Below are positions 7,079 through 14,714 of a DNA stretch of 22,410 nt, piece after piece. A program made the translations under genes and the position numbers. The stretch spans positions 62,001 through 84,410 of the forward strand of contig JBDOIF010000154.1 in assembly GCA_041082215.1 (NCBI GenBank). Reading direction: 5' to 3'. Source of the stretch: Anaerolineae bacterium. Its GTDB lineage: Bacteria > Chloroflexota > Anaerolineae > B4-G1 > DUEL01. The notes under the pieces are model-generated. The model had not been told where the DNA came from. It searched no databases and saw only the letters and a list, made by a program, of their open reading frames with translations. Within the stretch, counting starts at the first letter, position 1; every line of letters starts with the position of its first letter.

Positions 7079-8425
7079 ATGGAACTCTACCTCATCCCGG
7101 TACAGGATAAGTTCATCATCTACCGCCCCCTGCTGCGGCTGGCTTTCGTCGGCAACCGGGCGATGGCCGAGCTGGCAGCCGGGCTGGCCAAACGGCCCGT
7201 TCTCTCCGGAGACGGCCTGCCGGAGGAGGTGCGTACCTTTCTCGACGCGGTGGGCTTCCTGCAACCCGACCCACCGCCGCCTCCGCCTCCACCGTCGCCC
7301 TATTGTCCCAGCACTGCCGTGCTGTTGATGACCAACCGCTGCAACCTGCGCTGTACCTACTGCTACGCCAGCGGAGGAGAGGGGCCTGTCCAGGACCTTC
7401 CTCTTGAGCTGGCTCAAGCGGCGATTGACCAGGTCTGTGCCAACGCCGTCGAACAGAAACTGCCCCGATTTGAGCTGACATTCCACGGTGGCGGGGAGCC
7501 GGTCCAGGTATGGGAAGTGCTGCAGGCTGCCACGGCCTACGCCCGCAACAAGGAGCTGCCCTGCCGTACCGCCATCGTCAGCAACGGCGTCTGGACCGAC
7601 CGGCAGCGTGAGTGGATCCTTGAGAACATTGATGAGCTGAGCATCTCGTTCGACGGCCGGCCCCAGACCCAGGATCGTCAGCGGCCCTTCGCTTCCGGGC
7701 GCGGCTCCTCCCGGGCCGTGATGCGCACGCTCCAGGCGATGGACAAAGCTGGCTTTTCCTATGGCATTCGTATGACCGCGACCGCTCCCTGGCTGGAGAA
7801 CCTGCCGGAGGATGTCCGGTTCATCTGCGAAGAGACCGCCTGCCCGGCGATGCAGGTCGAGCCGGCCTTCAACACGGTGCGCGGGGTCCACCAGGGGCCT
7901 ACGGAGGAGGAGGGGGCGGCCTTTGTCGAGGCTTTTCTGGTTGCCTTTGACATCGCCCTCAGCGCAGGACGGCGGCTGAGTTACTCCGCTGCTCGACCCT
8001 GGCTGCTCACCCAGGCGTTCTGTACCGCCCCCTACGCTGCCCTCGTCGTCAACGCTGCCGGGCGGCTGGTGAGCTGTTACGAAGTCACCAGTGAAACCCA
8101 TCCTCTGGCGGCGCTGTCAACCATTGGCCGCGTGGAGGATGGTCGGGTGGCGATTGACCACAGCGCCCACCGCGCTCTGGTTGACCACATTGAGGCCCAT
8201 CGCGCTACCTGCCGCGATTGCTTCTGCTACTGGCACTGTGCCGGCGACTGTTACACCCGTACCTACTATGCCCAGGCAAGCGCAGGCACAGGTGCCAACC
8301 CGCGCTGCCGGATCAACCGCGAGATCACGGCCGGCATGCTGCTGCGTTACATTATGGCGGGCGACGGCGTCTGGCGCGGGCAGGATATCTATGCGCAGGA
8401 AGCTCATCTGATCAAAACGTTCTAG
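7079..8425 (+). CDS. Radical SAM/SPASM domain peptide or protein maturase (paralog 2)
   Basis: CNLRCTYC, FHGGGEP, VSNG and ISFDG motifs. FCTAP...LVSCY...CRDCFCYWHCAGDC...RC. The N-terminal RRE-like region is joined by a poly-Pro linker. Confidence 0.92.
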   Translation: MELYLIPVQDKFIIYRPLLRLAFVGNRAMAELAAGLAKRPVLSGDGLPEEVRTFLDAVGFLQPDPPPPPPPPSPYCPSTAVLLMTNRCNLRCTYCYASGGEGPVQDLPLELAQAAIDQVCANAVEQKLPRFELTFHGGGEPVQVWEVLQAATAYARNKELPCRTAIVSNGVWTDRQREWILENIDELSISFDGRPQTQDRQRPFASGRGSSRAVMRTLQAMDKAGFSYGIRMTATAPWLENLPEDVRFICEETACPAMQVEPAFNTVRGVHQGPTEEEGAAFVEAFLVAFDIALSAGRRLSYSAARPWLLTQAFCTAPYAALVVNAAGRLVSCYEVTSETHPLAALSTIGRVEDGRVAIDHSAHRALVDHIEAHRATCRDCFCYWHCAGDCYTRTYYAQASAGTGANPRCRINREITAGMLLRYIMAGDGVWRGQDIYAQEAHLIKTF

Positions 8426-8449
8426 CCCCCCAGGCAAAGAGGAGGAGAG

Positions 8450-9436
8450 ATGGCAGAGGAGAAGTCACCCCTCGATCTTCCAGAGGAGCAACCCGACGAG
8501 GAGGCGCCCCAGGTCTACAGCATCAAGAAGGAGGGCGATGGATGGAAGTTCAGCCGCCGCGAATTCCTCATCGCCGCTGCCACCGCCGCGGCCACAGCGA
8601 CAGGCGCGGCGATGCACGCCCTTCGCCGCTCTCAGGACACAGCGGAGCCGGACGCGGAAAGCGCAGAACTGATCCATCTGGAAATGGCTATACCGGCTAT
8701 GATGCTCGTCAGCCCTGGCCAAACTTTTGTCCAGGTCTGGACATTTACTAACAGGAGCGATAAGAGCCGATGCCACGGAGCCAGGCTACGCCTCCTGGGT
8801 ATTGACGAGATGAAGGCCCCGGCTATGCTGGACATCCCCGAGATCGGCCCGGGCGAGACCGTTGAGGTTCCGGTCGAAATGACCGCGCCCGCGGGCAAGG
8901 ATGCCTACCGCGCTGCCTGGAGCCTGGAGGCAGACGAGGGCACGCCGCCTCTTGCCAGTGGCCCTTTTGTCGTGCTGTCAACCTGCATCGCCGAATCGCC
9001 TCACCCCTACCCGAATTCCTACAATAACACCTGGACGGTCACCAATCCCGACACCGAAGCCGAGCGCACCCGCGTCCATTTCTCGCAACTGGAAGTTGAA
9101 ACCAACTGGGACTATGTGTATCTCAAAGATGAGAGCGGACAGGTCCACCAGACCATCACCGGCTACTACTCTTCCGGCCTGTGGTCGGTCCCTATCCCCG
9201 GCCGCGTTGTCCAGGTCCAACTGACCTCGGATTCGACCGTTCAGGCCTGGGGCTTTTGTCTCGATCAGATCCAGACCATCCGTGGCATCTGCTACCTCCC
9301 CATCATCCGTCGCGAGCCCACGCCCACGCCCACGCGTACGCCCACACCAACGCCCACACCGTGTAAATGCTATGGGGTCTGCACCTGCAACCCGCACTGC
9401 ACCTGCGATCTGATCCACTACTGGTACCCGAACTGA
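8450..9436 (+). CDS. Putative modification substrate 2: Tat signal, NBR1-Ig-like domain, CUB-like domain, YLPII motif, PT linker, Cys-rich tail ending HYWYPN
   Basis: GAGGAGG RBS. FSRREFL plus Ala-rich h-region. PGQTFVQVWTFTN...IGPGETVEVPVEMTAP...Y.A.W is Ig-like. ESPHPYPNS..WT...VHFSQLEVETNWDYV...LTSDSTVQAWGF is CUB-like. Ends CKCYGVCTCNPHCTCDLIHYWYPN. Confidence 0.85.
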   Translation: MAEEKSPLDLPEEQPDEEAPQVYSIKKEGDGWKFSRREFLIAAATAAATATGAAMHALRRSQDTAEPDAESAELIHLEMAIPAMMLVSPGQTFVQVWTFTNRSDKSRCHGARLRLLGIDEMKAPAMLDIPEIGPGETVEVPVEMTAPAGKDAYRAAWSLEADEGTPPLASGPFVVLSTCIAESPHPYPNSYNNTWTVTNPDTEAERTRVHFSQLEVETNWDYVYLKDESGQVHQTITGYYSSGLWSVPIPGRVVQVQLTSDSTVQAWGFCLDQIQTIRGICYLPIIRREPTPTPTRTPTPTPTPCKCYGVCTCNPHCTCDLIHYWYPN

Positions 9437-10269
9437 TGAAAATCAGGAGCGACCTGGTCGTTATCTCCTGGTGGTCCAATTGCCTGGGCCTGGCCTCCCT
9501 GCACGCCCTGGCGGAGCATGCGCCGGGCCGGGAAATCTATGTCGTTCAGGTGGGCAAACCGGAGGAAAGCAAAGCGCGCTTTCGCGCCCATCTACCTCCC
9601 GGCATCCGGGAATTGCCTTACCCTCCCGATGGCTCCGGGGAGGACTGGCGTGTCCGTGAGGCTGTCGCCCGTGTCCTCCTGCGCGACCGGGCCGGGCTGT
9701 GGTTTATTGACCACGACCTGATCGTTCAGGAGGATTGTACGGCCTGGCTGGATGATATGGACCGCCGGCTGGGGCAAAGCGATGTCTGCCTCTGCCATCC
9801 CGCCCCTTTGCGCGGCCCCTCCATTACCAACCCGGCCTTCTGGCTCTCCCCGGTCCGCTTCCCGCCTGACCTGCCCAGCTTTGCCCGCGTGCCGTACCGT
9901 GAGGACCCCGTCGCCAGCCGGCCTTATGCGCTGCGCCAGTCAGCCGGCCTGATGATGCCGGGCAAGGATACCCTTGTCGTGGCGATGGAATTCCTGCGCG
10001 AGCGGGGCATGACCTGCGGCTTCCCCCTGAGCGTGCAGGATCAAACGCCCGATGGGCCACCTCCCTTCCCGCGGTTTGAACACCTGGGCGGCCTGTACAC
10101 GTTTACCGGAGAGGTGCGGGCGGAACAGCCCTTACCCTTGCGCGACTGGATGGTCCGTTGCGTCGAGCAGTTCTCCGCCTTCTATGCCGCCTGCCCGCCG
10201 GCCTGGATCCGGGATGAGGACCCCGTCCTCTTACAGCGGATTGAAGAATTCCGGCAGGCTCTGTTATGA
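9436..10269 (+). CDS. Hypothetical protein, possibly a GT-A-fold glycosyltransferase
   Basis: ATG 9436 overlaps the previous stop (TGATG). N-terminal beta-alpha-beta pattern (LVVISWWS...IYVVQVG) and hydrophobic strand plus DxD (LWFIDHD) at about residue 92, as in GT2-like enzymes. The CDS is well supported; the product is tentative. Confidence 0.6.
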   Translation: MKIRSDLVVISWWSNCLGLASLHALAEHAPGREIYVVQVGKPEESKARFRAHLPPGIRELPYPPDGSGEDWRVREAVARVLLRDRAGLWFIDHDLIVQEDCTAWLDDMDRRLGQSDVCLCHPAPLRGPSITNPAFWLSPVRFPPDLPSFARVPYREDPVASRPYALRQSAGLMMPGKDTLVVAMEFLRERGMTCGFPLSVQDQTPDGPPPFPRFEHLGGLYTFTGEVRAEQPLPLRDWMVRCVEQFSAFYAACPPAWIRDEDPVLLQRIEEFRQALL

Positions 10270-10730
10270 CTCCGTTGAAGAGGCGCGACAAACCTTCTTT
10301 TGACCGGGGGCGGCGGGCCTTTCTGCTCGCTATGTTGCAGGAACTGCCCGTCCTTCATGGTACGCTCAAGGGCGGACAGGGCTTCCGCCTGACCGACCTT
10401 TCTGCTCTGCCCGATCAGCAACTGGCCCGTATTCGCCCCATCGTCAACCCCGACTATGTCATCCTGGTCCAGGACGGCGCTGTCTGGGCCCGCTACCGGC
10501 ACAGGCAGGAGCCGCCCATTCGCCTCTTTGGGACGGACGAGGAGGAAAAGCAGCGGACGTTCAACCTGTTCGATGGCCGACATACCCTGGGTGAGATCGG
10601 CTCACAGCTTGCCCAGGCCCTGGGCGAGGACGAGGCCACGGCCTTTTCCCGCGCCAGGGACCTCTTCCTGGACCTCGTCCGCCATATGGTCTGCGTCCCG
10701 CGGGACCCCCTGGGCCCGCCGGAGGGGTAG
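10266..10730 (+). CDS. Hypothetical protein with C-terminal PqqD/RRE-like winged helix and N-terminal RRxFL motif
   Basis: ATGA overlap with the previous gene. FNLFDGRHTLGEIGSQLAQALG...ARDLFLDLVRHMVC matches the PqqD-type DGxxTxxEI...F+xxLxxxG+ pattern. Confidence 0.65.
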   Translation: MTPLKRRDKPSFDRGRRAFLLAMLQELPVLHGTLKGGQGFRLTDLSALPDQQLARIRPIVNPDYVILVQDGAVWARYRHRQEPPIRLFGTDEEEKQRTFNLFDGRHTLGEIGSQLAQALGEDEATAFSRARDLFLDLVRHMVCVPRDPLGPPEG

Positions 10731-12080
10731 ATGGCCGACCAGGGCATGCACTTCCGGGCTGTGCGTGCAGGGGGGATGCCGATCCAGCGCCGGGACGGTC
10801 CGGCGTACGCCCTCTTTTATGCCCCTGGCTATGTTTGCGTGGTTGATCGAGCGGAAGCCGACCGTTTCGCAGAGCAGATCGGCCCCACCGCCCCTGCCCC
10901 CGAGGCAAGGGAGCTGTGGCAGCGTGCCGAGGCCGCCGTCGTCGCTGCGCAGCGGCAACAGGAGGAGCCTTTCCGCCCTGAATGCCTGACGCTCTACCTG
11001 AACAACGAGTGCGCCCTGCACTGCCGCTACTGCTATGCTACCCCATCCGCTGGTCCGGCTACACGTCTGGGGGAAGAGGCCATCGTGGCGGCGGCCGAAC
11101 TGGTTGCGGCGAACTGCCGCCAGAAGGGGTTGCCCCTCCACGTTGTCTTTCACGGCGGCGGCGAGCCGACCCTTCACCTGGAGCGTGTGGAATCGGTCCT
11201 GGCTCGCCTCGAGGCGGTCGCCACGCGCCACGGAGTGGGTCAGTTCCGCTACATTGCCACCGGCGGTGTCCTGTCGGAGCGGGCGGCCGTCTGGCTGGCT
11301 CGCCGTTTCGACCTGATCGGCCTCTCCTGCGACGGTCCGCCCGAAATCCAGAACGCCCAGCGGCCCCGGCACGACGGCCGTGGCACAGCGCACATCGTCG
11401 AGCGGACGGCCCGCATCCTCCACGCCGAGGGCCGCCGCTTCCACGTCCGGGCGACGATCACGGCACAGACGCTGCACCGTCAGGCCGAGATCGCCGCCTA
11501 CCTCTGTCAGGAGCTCCGCCCGGCGGCGATCCACTTTGAGCCGGCCTATCGCGGCGGACGGGCCGCCGAACTCGAACCCGACCAGGCCGCCAGCTTCGTG
11601 GCGCACTTCCTGGAGGCCCAGAAGCTGGCGCAGGGTTATGGCGTCCCCCTCTCCTTTTCAGGCAGCCGCCCTGGCGAAGTGCACGGTCCCTACTGCCACG
11701 TCTTTCGTCAGGTGCTCAACCTGGTTCCTGGCGGCGTGGCGACCGCCTGCTTTAAGATCACCCGGGCCGAAGATGCACGGGAACGGGGCCTGGCGATCGG
11801 TGCCTGGAGGGAAAACGGTTGCTTTGACCTGGACATCGCCCGCGTGGACGGATTGCGCCAGCGCCTCGGTATGCTTCCCGGCGCTTGCGCTGAGTGCTTC
11901 AATCGCTACCACTGTGCCCGGGCCTGTCCGGACCATTGCCCGCTGGACAGTCCGGCCGGGGGGATTGAGGGCTTTCGCTGCCGCGTGCAGCGCTGGCTGA
12001 CCGAGGCGGTCATAGAAAGGACTGCCCGGCGTCTTTGGGCTGAGAGAGGCCAGCGGAGGATCTATGCAGGCTCGCTTTGA
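10731..12080 (+). CDS. Radical SAM/SPASM domain peptide or protein maturase (paralog 3)
   Basis: CALHCRYC, FHGGGEPT and LSCDG motifs. YCHVF...ATACF...CAECFNRYHCARACPDHC...RC. The start may be ATG 10746. Confidence 0.9.
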   Translation: MADQGMHFRAVRAGGMPIQRRDGPAYALFYAPGYVCVVDRAEADRFAEQIGPTAPAPEARELWQRAEAAVVAAQRQQEEPFRPECLTLYLNNECALHCRYCYATPSAGPATRLGEEAIVAAAELVAANCRQKGLPLHVVFHGGGEPTLHLERVESVLARLEAVATRHGVGQFRYIATGGVLSERAAVWLARRFDLIGLSCDGPPEIQNAQRPRHDGRGTAHIVERTARILHAEGRRFHVRATITAQTLHRQAEIAAYLCQELRPAAIHFEPAYRGGRAAELEPDQAASFVAHFLEAQKLAQGYGVPLSFSGSRPGEVHGPYCHVFRQVLNLVPGGVATACFKITRAEDARERGLAIGAWRENGCFDLDIARVDGLRQRLGMLPGACAECFNRYHCARACPDHCPLDSPAGGIEGFRCRVQRWLTEAVIERTARRLWAERGQRRIYAGSL

Positions 12081-13407
12081 GCTTTTCTTCCGCGATGCCC
12101 CGGCGGAAGTTGACCCTGCGGCGATCAAGCGCGAATGGGCCTCCCTCACACCCGATTATCCGATCGAGGCGCGACACCTGCCCCTGCCTGTTTGGGCCCG
12201 CCGCGGCCTGACCGACGACGGCCCCCGGGCCTGGTCCACCTTGAGCCAGGATGTCCGCAGCATGGACGAAAAGCGCGCCTTCTGCATCTATGTTCACATC
12301 CCCTTCTGCTCCAGCCGCTGCGCCTTTTGTGATTGCTACGCCTTCCCCCTGCGGCGGCTGCGCGAGCAGCATATCGAGGGCTACATTGACCTGCTGATCC
12401 AGGAGGCTCAACTGTGGAGCCGCCTGGGCACCCTTGCCCGGCGGCCTGTCTCCACGGTGCATCTTGGCGGTGGCACGCCCACCTTCATCCGGCCGGCCGC
12501 ACTGCGCCGCCTGGTGCAGGCTTTGCAGGCACGCTTTGCCTGTGGGCCGGAGACGGAGTGGGCGCTGGAATCTTCCTCCAGCGAGCTGGATGAGGAGATG
12601 CTCGATGCCCTCGACGAGCTGGGCTTTACCCGGCTCCACGTTGGTGTGCAGAGCCTGGAGGACAACGTGCGCCGGACCATCGGACGGCGCGAGCAAGCAG
12701 CAGAGGTGCTGACCAGAATCGAACGGGCGGTGGCCCGTGGCTGGATTGTCAGTGTGGACCTGATCGTCGGCCTGCCAGGGCAGACGCTGACCGGCGCGCT
12801 GGCGGATGTGTGTGCCCTGGAGGCCGTCGGCGTGGATGGCTTTTCCGTTTATGAACTCCAGCTCTCTTCACGCAACCGACGCTTTGCCGAGGCCCACGGG
12901 CTGCTGGAGCGAGATCGCCTGGAGAACTACTGGCTGCTTCAGGCCGTCTCCCGCCTTCTCATCGCGCGGGGCTATAAGAAGACCCTCTTCAATCACTTCG
13001 CCCGCCACCGCGATACCAACCTCTATTTCACCTTTCCAGAACGGGGGGAGGATTGCCTGGCCCTGGGGACCATCGCCGATGGGGTCTGGGGCGATTACCA
13101 TTACCGCCACCCCGAGTATGCGGACTACTGCCGCAGCGTCAGCCCGTCTTTCCCCGGCCTGCAGGGGGGGATGCGCCGCACGCCGCTGGAGAGCCGTCTG
13201 TTCCGGCTGGAGACGGCCCTTCTCTCGGCCCGCTTCGAACAGGCTCTGTTCAGCGAGGTCCTGGGCGACGAGCGTGCCGGGCAGTTGTTCAGGCGCTGGC
13301 AGGATGCGGCGCTGATCGCTCAGGACCCGTCAACCGGCCGTTTTCACCTCACCGGCAACGGCTCCTGGTTCGTCGCCCAGATGATGGCTGAGCTGGCATT
13401 CCTGTAA
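12064..13407 (+). CDS. HemN-like (class C / HutW-ChuW-like) radical SAM enzyme, putative methyltransferase
   Basis: [35 protein letters not shown] and [11 protein letters not shown] are coproporphyrinogen III oxidase family motifs, followed by a C-terminal LTGNG helix region. Confidence 0.88.
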   Translation: MQARFELFFRDAPAEVDPAAIKREWASLTPDYPIEARHLPLPVWARRGLTDDGPRAWSTLSQDVRSMDEKRAFCIYVHIPFCSSRCAFCDCYAFPLRRLREQHIEGYIDLLIQEAQLWSRLGTLARRPVSTVHLGGGTPTFIRPAALRRLVQALQARFACGPETEWALESSSSELDEEMLDALDELGFTRLHVGVQSLEDNVRRTIGRREQAAEVLTRIERAVARGWIVSVDLIVGLPGQTLTGALADVCALEAVGVDGFSVYELQLSSRNRRFAEAHGLLERDRLENYWLLQAVSRLLIARGYKKTLFNHFARHRDTNLYFTFPERGEDCLALGTIADGVWGDYHYRHPEYADYCRSVSPSFPGLQGGMRRTPLESRLFRLETALLSARFEQALFSEVLGDERAGQLFRRWQDAALIAQDPSTGRFHLTGNGSWFVAQMMAELAFL

Positions 13408-13836
13408 ATAGTCCAGCAGCGCCACAAGGCCGAGCAGGTAGCTGCGCCAGCCGAAACCGCCGATAAAGCCCACACAGACCGGTGCGATCAGCGAGCGACG
13501 GCGGAACGGCTCGCGGGCGTAGATGTTGCTGAGGTGTACCTCCACAGTGGGCAGCCCCACCGCGGCGATGGCATCGCGCAGGGCCACGCTGGTATGGGCA
13601 TAGCCGCCCGGGTTGATCAGCACGCCGTCGGCCCAGCCCATCGCCTGGTGCAATATGTCAATGAGCGCCCCCTCCCCATTGGCCTGGAGTATCCGCAGCA
13701 CAGCGCCTCGCTCTGCCGCCAGCGACTGCAGCGCCGTATTGATCTCCGCCAGCGTCACCCGCCCATAGACCTGCGGCTCTCGCTGCCCCAGCAGGTTGAG
13801 ATTGGGCCCATGGAGAACAAGAATCTTGCAATGCAT
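13330..13836 (-). CDS. aroQ: Type II 3-dehydroquinate dehydratase
   Basis: [38 protein letters not shown] and [17 protein letters not shown]. Start is coupled to the aroE stop (TGATG). Confidence 0.96.
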   Translation of the reverse strand: MHCKILVLHGPNLNLLGQREPQVYGRVTLAEINTALQSLAAERGAVLRILQANGEGALIDILHQAMGWADGVLINPGGYAHTSVALRDAIAAVGLPTVEVHLSNIYAREPFRRRSLIAPVCVGFIGGFGWRSYLLGLVALLDYLQECQLSHHLGDEPGAVAGEVKTAG

Positions 13837-14714
13837 CAAACCTCCCCCAACACCTCGACGCAGGCGGCGCGCATCGCCGCGATGGGGGCCGGCTCACCGG
13901 TCCACATCTCGAAAGCGATGGCCCCCTGCTGGACCAGCATCTCCAGCCCGTCCATAGCGCGCGCCCCCGATGCCCTCGCCTGCTCCAGAAGCCGGGTCCG
14001 GCGCGGGTTATAGACCAGGTCGAAGACAACCAGATGGGAAGGGAGCGCCAGGCCGTCCGGCCAGATCGAGGCGCTTGCCTGGGGCCAGGTACCGACAGGG
14101 GTGGCGTTCACCAGCAGCGTGGCCCGGCCAGCCGCTTCGATCAGCGCCCCCGGCGTGAGCGGCAGAGCGACGAGGCGAGTTGCCTGTCTTCCCTGCCCCG
14201 CCAGGTCGGCGATGAGCTGCTCTGCCCGTTCCGGGGTGCGGTTGAGGACGGTGATTGCTTCGGCCCCTCCCCGGAGCAGGCCGGAGACCACCGCCCGCGC
14301 TGCACCACCTGCCCCAACGACAAGGGCGCGACAGCCCCCGGTACGCACGCCGCCTTGATGCAGCGCGCGGATAAAGCCGCTCTCGTCGGTGTTACAGCCG
14401 TAGATGCTTGCTTTCTCCCCCTTCCGGTGGACGATCAGGGTGTTCACCGCGCCGAGGGCGCAGGCTCCGGGATCAACACGATCGAGGAAAGGGAGAATGG
14501 ACCGCTTGTACGGCGCGGTCACGTTAGCCCCACGAAACCCCAGCGCAACCAGCCCGTGTACTGCCGCTTCGAGCCGGTCCGGCGGCACCGGCAGCGGGAC
14601 ATAGCACCAGTTCAGCCCCGTCGCGGCGAAGGCGGCGTTCAGCATAGCCGGGGAGAGACTGTGGGCCGTGGGCCAGCCGATCAGCCCTACCAGTTGCGTC
14701 TGTCCGTCAACCAC
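13836..14714 (-). CDS. aroE: Shikimate dehydrogenase
   Basis: [50 protein letters not shown] and GLEMLVQQG. Confidence 0.96.
   Translation of the reverse strand: MVDGQTQLVGLIGWPTAHSLSPAMLNAAFAATGLNWCYVPLPVPPDRLEAAVHGLVALGFRGANVTAPYKRSILPFLDRVDPGACALGAVNTLIVHRKGEKASIYGCNTDESGFIRALHQGGVRTGGCRALVVGAGGAARAVVSGLLRGGAEAITVLNRTPERAEQLIADLAGQGRQATRLVALPLTPGALIEAAGRATLLVNATPVGTWPQASASIWPDGLALPSHLVVFDLVYNPRRTRLLEQARASGARAMDGLEMLVQQGAIAFEMWTGEPAPIAAMRAACVEVLGEV

Noticed and set aside
6926..8101. 391-aa minus-strand ORF, and similarly 10602..11606, 15846..17138, 17516..18433 and 19967..21076
   Set aside because: Antisense shadows of well-supported genes with no family motifs.
9317..9361. Tandem cccacg repeats (also 6380-6530, and poly-Pro at 7271-7300) as VNTR or CRISPR
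   Set aside because: These are coding Pro/Thr or Pro linkers with synonymous variation and no repeat-spacer structure.
2647..12080. SPASM enzymes as anaerobic sulfatase maturases or PQQ/mycofactocin synthases
   Set aside because: No sulfatase, pqqABC or mftA-type gene is present, and Cys-rich substrates are embedded in the operon.
12064..13407. Housekeeping hemN or hemW, given proximity to hrcA-grpE-dnaK
   Set aside because: It is separated from hrcA by the oppositely oriented aro operon, is coupled to the rSAM operon, and has a long atypical N-terminus.
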